Positions 9,123-17,731 of a stretch of DNA of 25,505 nt are shown in pieces. A program made the position numbers and the translations under genes. Under the pieces are notes generated by a model. It was not told the origin of the DNA. It saw nothing but the letters and a program-made list of their open reading frames with translations, and ran no database searches. Origin of the DNA: Phycisphaerae bacterium (GTDB lineage: Bacteria > Planctomycetota > Phycisphaerae > UBA1845 > Fen-1342); assembly GCA_050115495.1 (NCBI GenBank), contig JASFQK010000055.1, positions 1-25,505 on the forward strand. Direction: 5' to 3'. Positions within the stretch are counted from its first letter, which is position 1. Each line of letters begins with the position of its first letter.

Positions 9123-9591
9123 GCACTTGAAGATCTGCCCTGGGATAGTCATTAATCATAAGCACACACCTGAGATGAAGTGTCAGAGCTATGCCGGAAG
9201 GAAGGTCATACAGAAGCGAGTTGAAAACAGCAACCCGCCGGGCGTCTGTGCCGCTCCTCAGTTAGTAGCAGCTGCAATACGGAAGAGTGAAATAGCGGCA
9301 GAAATGGCTGAGGCATGGTGCGTACAAATGGAAAACGGCGGTTTCACCCTGGGCATACGAGAATCCTGCGAGACGTGCAAGGAACTTCTGACAAAGATGC
9401 TCTGCGGCGTGAAGAAAGCCGAAGGTCTATTCAAGAGACAAAAGAAGAATAAGGAGAAAAGAAGGAAAAAGGAGGAGGAGATGAAGGAGCGAAAAAAAAG
9501 AAGGATGAGGCGCGAATACAGAAGAAGGCAAATAAGCAGAAAAATAAGACTAAAAAGGTTGAGAACAGTTTTTCAAACATGTTCGGCGTGA
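9109..9591 (+). CDS. Putative zinc-binding deaminase-fold toxin domain, C-terminal part of a split gene
   Basis: GVCAAPQL...MAEAW...SCETC motif order followed by a K/R/E-rich coil. Low GC, downstream of DUF4123. Confidence 0.55.
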   Translation: MSSLKHLKICPGIVINHKHTPEMKCQSYAGRKVIQKRVENSNPPGVCAAPQLVAAAIRKSEIAAEMAEAWCVQMENGGFTLGIRESCETCKELLTKMLCGVKKAEGLFKRQKKNKEKRRKKEEEMKERKKRRMRREYRRRQISRKIRLKRLRTVFQTCSA

Positions 9592-10111
9592 ACATAGATG
9601 ATTTTGATACATCATTCCATAAGGATTAGTTGCTGCGATACATGATGGGATGCGGGCGTCAGTTAACATGCCGGCCGGCCTGTAGCCGGAGTTGCACGTG
9701 GATGCCAAGGACATGGCCAAAGCGCCGCAGAGAGATACTTAGGCTTCCAGTGGATTCGTCTCGGAACTGCGTTAGTTACGGGTAAGATGCGTCAAACGGT
9801 CGCCCGCAAAACAGATCATGATGAGTCTGGGGTGCAAGCGGTGTTATCGCCGAACAACAATAGTAGAACTCGTTCGCGACAGTGTACAAGTCGGCACACG
9901 TGAGCGTGAATCCCCCCGCGGTGCTAGCTGAAACGGGAAGACGCCAAAAGGATGACATGCATAATAAGGTGAATATGTATATGTGAGTATATATTAGGGA
10001 TTACCCGTCTCTTTGTCGCCCGTTGATGTAGCCCCAGTGACCCGTCGTATGATGGCTCCCGGGAGTTGTTTACGAGAACATCATCATGGGGGTGATCTCT
10101 GAGGTACGAGA

Positions 10112-11170
10112 ATGGCAAATCCCCATCGATCCCAACCCAACATCCGCTTCATCATGCTCGGCGGATTCCTCGGCTCGGGCAAGACGAGCGCGTTGCTGCG
10201 GTTGGCGCGAGGGTATGTGGCGGCTGGGCTGCGGGTGGGGATCATCACCAACGACTACGGAGAGGAGCTGGTCGATACGGCCACGTTTCGCACGGCCGGG
10301 TTCGCGACCGAGGAGATTCCCAAGGGTTGCTTCTGTCGCCGACTCGACGAGCTGCTGGCGGCGGCGGGGCGGTTGCAGGATGGGGGGCGGCCCGACGTGT
10401 TGCTGGCCGAGCCGGCGGGTAGCGGTACGAACCTGGTCAACACCGTCATCAAGCCGCTGAAGGAGGTCTACGCCGACCGGTTCACCGTCATGCCGTACGC
10501 GGCGTTGCTTGATCCACAGCGGGCGCTCGAGGCGCTTTCGGCGAACGGGCGCGGCGGCTTCTCGGCGAAGGTGCTCTACCTGTACAAGATGCAGCAGAAC
10601 GAGGCCGACATCGTGGCGATCAACAAGATCGACACGATCTCCGCCGGGCAACTGGACGAATTGACGGCGCTGGTTGCCCGGAACTTCCCGGCGGCACGCG
10701 TGCTGGCCCTGTCCGCCCGAACCGGTGAGGGCTTCGCCGAGTTCGCCGCTCTGTTGGACGGCTCCGCATCCGCCGGACGCAACGCGATCGCACCGGGCGA
10801 TGTGGACCGGGCCGCCGTGGACGAGGCACTCGGGCGGCTGGGCTGGTTGAACGCGGGCTGGGAGGTGGACGCCGCCGCCGGCGTCGATGCGGACGAGTTG
10901 CTGCTCGAGGTCGCCGAGGCGACTCGGCGGGCTCTGGCGGACGTCACGGCGGAACCGGCCCACGTCAAGCTGGTTCTTCGCTGCGGCGAGGGTCTCGGCG
11001 TGGTCAACCTCATCAGCAGCGACCGGCCGCCGGAACTGTCCCGACCGCTGCGCGCTCGCGTCCGGACGGGCACGCTGCAGATCAACGCCCGCGCAGAAAT
11101 CGACGAGCACCGGTTACGCGCAGTGGTGGAGGAGGTCATGCGCCGTACGCCGGGCGTGCACACCGAGTGA
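10112..11170 (+). CDS. CobW/P47K (COG0523, G3E) family GTP-binding metallochaperone
   Basis: GGFLGSGKT Walker A, ITNDYG, GCFC metal motif, LLAEPAG Walker B, NKID, plus a C-terminal domain. Confidence 0.92.
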   Translation: MANPHRSQPNIRFIMLGGFLGSGKTSALLRLARGYVAAGLRVGIITNDYGEELVDTATFRTAGFATEEIPKGCFCRRLDELLAAAGRLQDGGRPDVLLAEPAGSGTNLVNTVIKPLKEVYADRFTVMPYAALLDPQRALEALSANGRGGFSAKVLYLYKMQQNEADIVAINKIDTISAGQLDELTALVARNFPAARVLALSARTGEGFAEFAALLDGSASAGRNAIAPGDVDRAAVDEALGRLGWLNAGWEVDAAAGVDADELLLEVAEATRRALADVTAEPAHVKLVLRCGEGLGVVNLISSDRPPELSRPLRARVRTGTLQINARAEIDEHRLRAVVEEVMRRTPGVHTE

Positions 11171-11241
11171 GCCGGAACACGCCACCCGTTAAACGGAACA
11201 GCCACCGATCCGCCCGTGTGCGAATCGGTGACTGTCACTGT

Positions 11242-11340
11242 TCAACCTGTCGCCTGCTGGCGCGGCGTCGCCGGGCGGCAGCGTAGCAGCAGCCCGCCGA
11301 CGCCCAGGAGGAGCGTGGGCGTCGGCACAGGCACTGCGGT
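11242..11340 (-). pseudogene. Orphan degenerate PEP-CTERM tail
   Basis: AVPVPTPTLLLGVGGLLLRCR is one substitution (GAG to GTG) from VPEPT. No secreted body upstream. Confidence 0.45.
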
Positions 11341-11495
11341 CACCCGCCGTACTGCCATCGTGCACGCGACCCGATGTGTCGGGCCAGCGCCGGCACACCG
11401 GGTCGCGCTTCGAGTCACGTCGCCTAAGCTGCGCCCACGAACGAGACAGGAGATGGTTGACATTTCGAACGCGGGCTGGCTGGCGCGGGTGCGGG

Positions 11496-12131
11496 TTACC
11501 GCCGGCGACGAACCAGGCCGAACAGGCCCAGAGCGAACATCCCGGCCGCGGTCGGCTCAGGAGTGATCACCAGGCTATCCGTATCGATGTGGTCCTGCCA
11601 ACACCAACGCGTGTTGTAACCGCTCAGCTCCATTCTACTGATCTGAGACAGGTCGAAACCTGCGACGCCGCCGGTGTCGGCTAGGTCGAGGCACAGGTGA
11701 TGCCACTCGCCGTGCGGCTCAGGATTGTCAAACGCATCGACCCAGGTAAAGGCCACTTCATTGGCGTCGTACAGAATGACGTCAAACATGGTCCAGTTGT
11801 CGTCATAGGGCTGCTCGCCACCTTCTCCGGAGCCTGCCTGGAAGTAACGAGTGTCAAACTCAAGCGTCGCGCCCGGACAGGTCGCATCCACAGTGCCGCC
11901 CGTGTATATCTCGAAGTTGATGATCGGCGAGACGAACGTGGCGCCCATGCCGTTGACGTTGTTCATGCGGATGAAGGTTCGATCGCCCTCGACCTCCAGG
12001 ACGGGGACGCCGATGTCTTCGTGAAGAGTGAAATAGCCTTCCGGACTCAGTGAGTCCATCGGCATGTCCACGATGTTGGCGCCGGCCGTCGCGGTCAGTG
12101 CGATGGTCAGAAACAGCACAGTTGTTCGCAT
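11496..12131 (-). CDS. PEP-CTERM sorting-domain secreted protein (211 aa), beta-sandwich-like
   Basis: Signal peptide MRTTVLFLTIALTATAGA, C-terminal TPEPTAAGMFALGLFGLVRRRR, GGAGGAG RBS. Confidence 0.92.
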   Translation of the reverse strand: MRTTVLFLTIALTATAGANIVDMPMDSLSPEGYFTLHEDIGVPVLEVEGDRTFIRMNNVNGMGATFVSPIINFEIYTGGTVDATCPGATLEFDTRYFQAGSGEGGEQPYDDNWTMFDVILYDANEVAFTWVDAFDNPEPHGEWHHLCLDLADTGGVAGFDLSQISRMELSGYNTRWCWQDHIDTDSLVITPEPTAAGMFALGLFGLVRRRR

Positions 12132-12313
12132 GACGGTTCTCCTCCGAAAAATGAAACGTTCCTCTCACCAAAGCTTGACCAATGCGTGTTGGTCACGAAT
12201 CGCGTTCGAGCCTGTCTTCGCAATGTCGGTTGTCCCTGCGCCGCGTCGGGAACACGTTATTCCGCGGAGTGGGCGCAGTTTCGCTACATCGCCGAGTAGA
12301 GCGATGCCGTCTC

Positions 12314-14269
12314 TCAACCGCCCAGCAGGTCCACGAACGGACCGATGTCGAAGTTGTTTACGGTTCCATCACCGTTTGCGTCCGCGAGCTGTCGGTGGCA
12401 GCCCGGATACGCGGCGTTATAGCCCGCTTCATTGGTCACGGCGAGCACGAACGCGCTGATGTCGAAGTTGTTAACCTCCCCGTCGCAGTTCAGGTCGCCC
12501 GGAGGAAGGGGAACTACGCTGACGTACTGCCCGTACACCTCGAGGCTCGCCGGGTAGTTGCGCTGGTCGCGCCAGACGACCAGGAAGCCGCCGTTGTTGA
12601 CGTCCGCCTCGATGCCCGGCATATGGAATGCCGTCGTCGCCAGCGTCAGTCTCTCACCCAGCATTGTTCCGTCCGCAGCCAGCAACTGGGCATGAATGGA
12701 ACTCGGCGTCTGGATCGGGTTCGCGCCCCAGGCGACGAGATAGACGTCGTTGATCGGATCGAAAGCCACGTGTGGTGCGACGTTCTCCCCAGCCACTGCC
12801 TCGCTGAACTCAAACGGCAAGCCCATCAACCGCCCATCACGGTTCACGAACTGACCACGTAGCGGCAGCGGCCGCGTATCGCCGTACACGACCAGGTAGC
12901 GCCCCGCGTTCGGGTCGAAGGCTACGCTGGATGCGCTATAGAACGAGCGGAAGTTCGGCGTGAAGTTGACCTCGAACGGAGTTCCGATCTGCGTGCCGTC
13001 ACCGGCGACCAGCCTCCCGCGAATGTTGTAGGAGGACCACGTCGGCATTTCCTGCGCGGCGTACGTGGCGAGATACTCGTTGTCGATGCTGTTCCAGGCC
13101 AGGCCGCCGTTGGGCGCCGGATACATGCCATTGTAGCCGATGGTACCGTCGAGCAGAATCGCCGGATCCAGGACCGTCCCGCCGGCAGTACGCGTGCCAT
13201 AAACGCCGGCCGGGTCTGGCGTGTAGCCGCGGCCCGTTGAGAAATACTCGTTGTTCGTCGCGTTGTAAGTCACGGCGCTCTCGAAACCCATGCCCATGAT
13301 GCCGAGCTGGTAGTCACCCCCCAAGGGCGTGAGATCCGCCGCCAGACGCTGGCCGCGCAGCGAATTCCAGGACGGGTCGCCGGAGACGCCCTGCCAGCGC
13401 CACTGAATTAAGTATTCGTCATCGACCGAGTTGTATGCGACCCTGGGATTGACCTGGTAGCCTCCCGTCAGGTTGATCACCTGAGTGTCACCCAGCGCCA
13501 TACCCGCCGTGTCGTATCGCTGCGCCGCCACGCAGCACTTCGTGGCCAGCGAGCCCTCCTCCCACACCACCAGAAACTCATTGTCAGTGCTATTGAACGC
13601 GGCCTGCGGGTTGCTGGCTTGGCATCCGTCGATCGTCGTCATGCACACTTGTTCCCCCGCCGGCTCCGCCCTCGAATACTGCAGCACTTCACCGCACGCC
13701 ACGTCGGCACAGGTTGTGCCGTCCCCCATGTACACCCCGCCGCGACGATAGCATTCATCTTCGAACAGCCCGTCGATGCAACCCGGTTGAATGAAGCAGC
13801 ACGCCCCAACTGGGGATCCCGACTCTGCCGGGCCGCTGAACTGGGTCACCTTCAACACGCCCGGCTGATCCATGCCGTCGGATGTGTCTACCCAGAACCC
13901 GATGATCTGCCCTTCGAGCACCGGAACGCTGACGTCGCCGCTCTGCCCGTCCGTGTCGGCCACCATCGTGACGACGCCACCGACGCTGTAACCGGCGGTG
14001 TCCAGGCGGGCGAACTCGTCCTCGCACGCGTAATCCCAGTGAAAACTGAAGACGCCGTCACCCGGCGCCTTGATCGTGTAGGAAGTGAATATTCGGACAC
14101 GGGTGTTCGAGCCGGTCAGTACCAGCAAGTCGTCGCTCGTCGCCGCCGAGCCGTCGCCCCCGTTGACTTCCAGCGTCCAATTGCTGTGGTCGTAGTAGCC
14201 GGTGAAATCCGCCTGGGCCACGCCCGCCATCAGCATCGCCGTCAGCACGCATGTCGCTGTGAGCTTCAT
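12314..14269 (-). CDS. Secreted multidomain protein with Cys-rich GACC module, beta-propeller-like repeats and C-terminal dockerin-like domain
   Basis: Signal peptide; GACC..GC..EC..GG.YMGDGTTC; repeated A(F/Y/W)(N/D)xxxxx(Y/F)LVxW blades; paired GDLNCDGEVNNFDI / ADANGDGTVNNFDI Ca-binding motifs. Confidence 0.92.
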   Translation of the reverse strand: MKLTATCVLTAMLMAGVAQADFTGYYDHSNWTLEVNGGDGSAATSDDLLVLTGSNTRVRIFTSYTIKAPGDGVFSFHWDYACEDEFARLDTAGYSVGGVVTMVADTDGQSGDVSVPVLEGQIIGFWVDTSDGMDQPGVLKVTQFSGPAESGSPVGACCFIQPGCIDGLFEDECYRRGGVYMGDGTTCADVACGEVLQYSRAEPAGEQVCMTTIDGCQASNPQAAFNSTDNEFLVVWEEGSLATKCCVAAQRYDTAGMALGDTQVINLTGGYQVNPRVAYNSVDDEYLIQWRWQGVSGDPSWNSLRGQRLAADLTPLGGDYQLGIMGMGFESAVTYNATNNEYFSTGRGYTPDPAGVYGTRTAGGTVLDPAILLDGTIGYNGMYPAPNGGLAWNSIDNEYLATYAAQEMPTWSSYNIRGRLVAGDGTQIGTPFEVNFTPNFRSFYSASSVAFDPNAGRYLVVYGDTRPLPLRGQFVNRDGRLMGLPFEFSEAVAGENVAPHVAFDPINDVYLVAWGANPIQTPSSIHAQLLAADGTMLGERLTLATTAFHMPGIEADVNNGGFLVVWRDQRNYPASLEVYGQYVSVVPLPPGDLNCDGEVNNFDISAFVLAVTNEAGYNAAYPGCHRQLADANGDGTVNNFDIGPFVDLLGG

Positions 14270-14432
14270 CTCTGCCCTCGCCTCCGTTCGTCGAAATGTG
14301 TTCTTGGGTCACTCTTCAGGAACGCTCTGATCGATCCTCCGCCCGTTGCGGACGTCATTGCCGAGTTGCTCGTTCGGCGGTTGACCGCCGAACAACCGGC
14401 CATACAGACTGGGCCTCCTTAGGCTGAATCCT

Positions 14433-14552
14433 AACATACGGCAATTAGGGATCTGTGTCAATGATGCTCTCAGAGCATCGCTAGGTATTCTGTAAATTTG
14501 TTGCAGTATCGCTCCCGTTGCGCTTGACACCGCGGCGGCAGACCGCTTGAAT
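14433..14552. promoter_or_regulatory. Back-to-back sigma70-like promoters with a 17-bp palindrome
   Basis: Minus strand: TTGACA (14461-14456)-N17-TATGTT (14438-14433). Palindrome GATGCTCT-C-AGAGCATC at 14463-14479. Plus strand: TTGACA (14524-14529)-N17-TTGAAT (weak -10). Confidence 0.65.
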
Positions 14553-14558
14553 CAAGCT

Positions 14559-15824
14559 ATGGAAAGCCGGGTCGAAACCGAGATACCAAGCATGAGCACC
14601 GAACACGCTGCTGGCGTGACCCCTGTGACAGGCGATATCAAACGCGTCGGGCGTGAGTTGTGCGACGCCATGCGCGCCGTCACGGAGCAGATCCCCGCTA
14701 AATCGCGTACGCCAAACGAATTAGCGCGCGTCCTCAAAGTCCACCGCACGCTCGCCAGCCGACTGCTGAACGCGTTCCGCACGGACGACCCCTTGGCCGC
14801 CGTCAGCCGCATGCCCCGCAGCGAAGGTCTGCGCATCTTCCTCCAGGCGGCCAAGCAGTCCGTTTCGTCCGATATTCACAGCCGCGCCGAGACCGCCCTG
14901 AAGATGTTCGAGCAGATCGTGAATGAGGAGCTCGGCGGCTGGGACGGCTTCGACGCCGCCATCACGGAATGGCTGCCCGACGCCCGGGAGCGGTTTGAAC
15001 TGGCCAACAAGCAACTCGCGTTCAAGAGCATCGCCAACCTGATGGGCGTTCGCGCTGAGACGCAGCTCGACACCGTGATCTACTACCCCAGTGCGGACGG
15101 CGAGCACTGCGATATCGCGCTGCTGGAAGGTTTGACGAATCTGCATCGGCTGCGTCCGAGTGCCCGAGTCCCCGTGGCCAGCCATACTCCCCACCCGCAC
15201 GCCCCGCAGCCGCTCGAATGCGTCTCGTCCCAGGAGCAGACCGGCGAAACGCTGCCGCGGAACCCGCTGCTGAGGCAATTCTGTTCCGAGCCTTATCCCC
15301 AACTGGAGCATGTCGAGAGTGGCGACCGGGTCACGTACGTGCTGGCCGGCAACGAGATCGGTGCGAACGCCGCCGTCGATGTGTTCGCCGCCAACATGGT
15401 GCGTGCCGGACGTCCGCTTTATCGCCAGTCAAACGACGATCTGACTCGTCCACACTGGTCCGTCGGCATCAACCTGCCCGCCAGAACGCTCGTGATGAAC
15501 GTGCTATTGCACGAGGACATGTGGCCGGGTGATCCGTCGTTGATGGTATACGACATTCACATTCACGGCCTTTCCGCTCCGGGCGATCCCGCGCGTGAGC
15601 TCGACCGTCTCGACATGATGGAAACCATTCAGCCGCTGGGCAAGGGAGCTTCTCGTTTCAGACTGAACGAGGTCGGCCGTCACGTCGAGATGGTGCAATA
15701 CGTCTGCGACCAGCTCGGCTGGGACAGCAGCCGCCTCCGCGGCTACCGCGTCCGCGTGAAATACCCCCTGATGCACGTCGCCTACTGCGTGGCATTCAAC
15801 CATCTGCCGCTGCGCGAAGCCTGA
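14559..15824 (+). CDS. Uncharacterised HTH-containing ~420 aa protein, paralogue 2
   Basis: TPNELARVLKVHRTLASRLL HTH-like segment, PLLRQFCSEPYP, LLHEDMWP, GWDSSRLRGYRVRVKYP. Start could be 14547, 14559 or 14592. Confidence 0.88.
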   Translation: MESRVETEIPSMSTEHAAGVTPVTGDIKRVGRELCDAMRAVTEQIPAKSRTPNELARVLKVHRTLASRLLNAFRTDDPLAAVSRMPRSEGLRIFLQAAKQSVSSDIHSRAETALKMFEQIVNEELGGWDGFDAAITEWLPDARERFELANKQLAFKSIANLMGVRAETQLDTVIYYPSADGEHCDIALLEGLTNLHRLRPSARVPVASHTPHPHAPQPLECVSSQEQTGETLPRNPLLRQFCSEPYPQLEHVESGDRVTYVLAGNEIGANAAVDVFAANMVRAGRPLYRQSNDDLTRPHWSVGINLPARTLVMNVLLHEDMWPGDPSLMVYDIHIHGLSAPGDPARELDRLDMMETIQPLGKGASRFRLNEVGRHVEMVQYVCDQLGWDSSRLRGYRVRVKYPLMHVAYCVAFNHLPLREA

Positions 15825-15932
15825 CAGCGCATCGGCTGACATACTTCTGCTGGGCAAACGAGGGCGTGAACATGCTAATGGTCGGGCACAGACGTACGCA
15901 CGTGCGCGAGGGCATAGCACCACACGAGCGAC

Positions 15933-16157
15933 CTACGACAACCCAGCTATGGCCTTGGCGAGAGAAATGCCGAGTGTATCCGTGAACTTCTTCAACGTCA
16001 GAATCGTGACGTTGTATTCACCACGTTCCACCGCCCCAACGTACGTGCGATGCACACCGCATCGCATCGCCAGTTCTTCCTGTGACCAGCCTTTCGCCTC
16101 TCGTGCCAGACGAAGGTTCTGACCGAGACGTACCAGGGTAGCGTCTTTCTTGCTCAT
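15933..16157 (-). CDS. XRE/Cro-C1-family HTH transcriptional regulator
   Basis: LGQNLRLAREAKGWSQEELAMRCGVHRTYVGAVERGEYNVTILTL is a canonical HTH_3 domain. Confidence 0.95.
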   Translation of the reverse strand: MSKKDATLVRLGQNLRLAREAKGWSQEELAMRCGVHRTYVGAVERGEYNVTILTLKKFTDTLGISLAKAIAGLS

Positions 16158-16173
16158 TCTGCCAGAATGAGGC

Positions 16174-16203
16174 TTGACACCGTATAGCTCTACAGAGTAT
16201 AAC
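16174..16203 (+). promoter_or_regulatory. Sigma70-like promoter with an overlapping imperfect palindrome (candidate XRE operator)
   Basis: TTGACA (16174-16179)-N18-TATAAC (16198-16203). TATAGCTCT-AC-AGAGTATA (16183-16201) covers the spacer. Confidence 0.6.
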
Positions 16204-16209
16204 TATCAT

Positions 16210-16545
16210 CAATGGGCCTGTCTGCGAGGATGACAGGCAGCCCTGTTCCCTCGCGGTACCCGGGCATTCTCAGTATGAGGATGCCGACAGCTTGATCTGT
16301 GTCTTGGCTGCAAACCGTCGTTCCGCCAAGGCTTGGCGTGCATGCGCGGCACGGCATGGTGGGACAGTACCTCGCCAGGACACCCTCGCCCGGGCCGGTG
16401 TTCGCACTTATGATGCGGGCGCCACCCGGTGCGCGGGGTCGTGTGAGGTAACGTGACGGTTTGCACACGGCCCTTAGCGCATCGGGTGGCGCCCGTTTCC
16501 TCCTGATGCCATCAGCTTTCAGTGCTCCACCGTAGGCGACGGTGG
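16210..16545 (+). ncRNA. Candidate structured leader RNA with two mutually exclusive folds
   Basis: Hairpins at 16216-16238, 16263-16285, 16324-16338 and 16526-16545. Helix 16309-16319/16455-16465 competes with a 20-bp helix 16415-16434/16477-16496. G-U pairs favour the + strand. Confidence 0.5.
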
Positions 16546-16610
16546 CAAGGCCGGTGTGCGCGGCAGCCACGCCACGACGCGCTTGCCTGTGACACGCGAA
16601 GGGAGAGCAC

Positions 16611-16955
16611 GTGATGGCCAGACAACTTGAAATCAGCGAACGAGAGTTCAAGGCCCGCTGGCGGAAACTGCCCGAGGCGGATCGGCAGTTTGTCGAAGCG
16701 ATCGTCCTGGTCAACCGGGCTGTGTCCGACGAGCGCCTGTGCTATCACGAGTTGTCGCCGCAACGGGAGCGCAGCCTGAGACAAGCCGACCGCGACACGG
16801 TTTTCAGCATTCTCACCGAGTGCCTGGGCATCCTGACCAACGCCCCGGCCATGCAGCGGGTCCGCAAGGCCCGCCAGCAGCGCGGCGTTGCGCGAGTGAG
16901 CGGGACAGAGTCGGTGGTGCGACGGGGAAGCCAACCCGGGCAGGCACGGAGGTAG
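16611..16955 (+). CDS. Hypothetical helical protein (114 aa)
   Basis: GAAGGGAG RBS, protein-like composition, ends 3 nt before the next gene. Confidence 0.7.
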   Translation: MMARQLEISEREFKARWRKLPEADRQFVEAIVLVNRAVSDERLCYHELSPQRERSLRQADRDTVFSILTECLGILTNAPAMQRVRKARQQRGVARVSGTESVVRRGSQPGQARR

Positions 16956-16958
16956 GCC

Positions 16959-17495
16959 ATGTGCCGCGTCTCCCGTTCTGGCCGGTCTAGCAACGGGAAG
17001 CCGGCCGACAATGGTGAATCTCCGATTTCATCGCCGCAGACCTTCGCGCTGGTGTCCCTACTGGCCGACCGGCGCCGGTACGCCGAGCTCGATCTGACCA
17101 CGCTGACGTACCATGTCGAGCAGTCGGACGCGACCGCCGGAGATGGCTACTGGCATGCCTCGATCAACGAAGCCCGCTCGGCCCTGGAAGCCCTGGTAGT
17201 CGATGTCGTCCGCGTAGTCGGTGCCGGCGAAGCCACGCGGCCACCGACGAGCAACGGTACGCCGTTCTCGAACTGGCGTCGATTCCTGGTCGATGTCGGC
17301 TTCCTCGACGCCCAGGAAAGCGACCTGCTGCACTTCGTGTATGGCCTCAGCAGCGCCAAGGGCAGCCACCACGGCGTGCCTGACGAGGACTGGAGCCGGC
17401 TGGCGCGGCGAATGGTGTTCTGCGCCGCGGACTACGTCTTGCGACGTTACACCACGTGGAAACAACACGGCCTCCGACCTGGGGGCCCTCGATGA
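16959..17495 (+). CDS. Abi_C/HEPN-like helical protein
   Basis: GGAGG RBS. ASINEARSALEAL and GLSSAKGSHHG..D..RLA resemble abortive-infection C-terminal (HEPN-fold) motifs, but the Rx4-6H arginine is absent. Confidence 0.65.
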   Translation: MCRVSRSGRSSNGKPADNGESPISSPQTFALVSLLADRRRYAELDLTTLTYHVEQSDATAGDGYWHASINEARSALEALVVDVVRVVGAGEATRPPTSNGTPFSNWRRFLVDVGFLDAQESDLLHFVYGLSSAKGSHHGVPDEDWSRLARRMVFCAADYVLRRYTTWKQHGLRPGGPR

Positions 17496-17731
17496 CGTTC
17501 GCGAAGAAGGGCAATCTCCCCGAGTGTGACCCTGGCAGCAACTCTCGCGCTGCGGCGCAAGCACGCTCGGCAGAAGCGGTTCCACTGCGATAGTTATCTG
17601 CGAGATTCGACTTCGGATGCCCAATATCCTCTTTGTCCCGACGAATGCAACCTACGAGGAACGGCCCATGCGGGTGGCCGAACGGACGTCCTAAGATGCT
17701 GTTGTGGTAGCCAGGATTCGAGAGGTTCGCC

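Noticed and set aside
9630..10110. Low-GC stretch with short minus-strand ORFs as candidate immunity gene
   Set aside because: Fragments are interrupted by stops and have no identifiable motif.
14463..16201. Shared CTCT(A)CAGAG core between the locus-2 palindrome and the XRE-promoter palindrome
   Set aside because: Spacing and flanks differ, and the match is too short to claim a common regulator.
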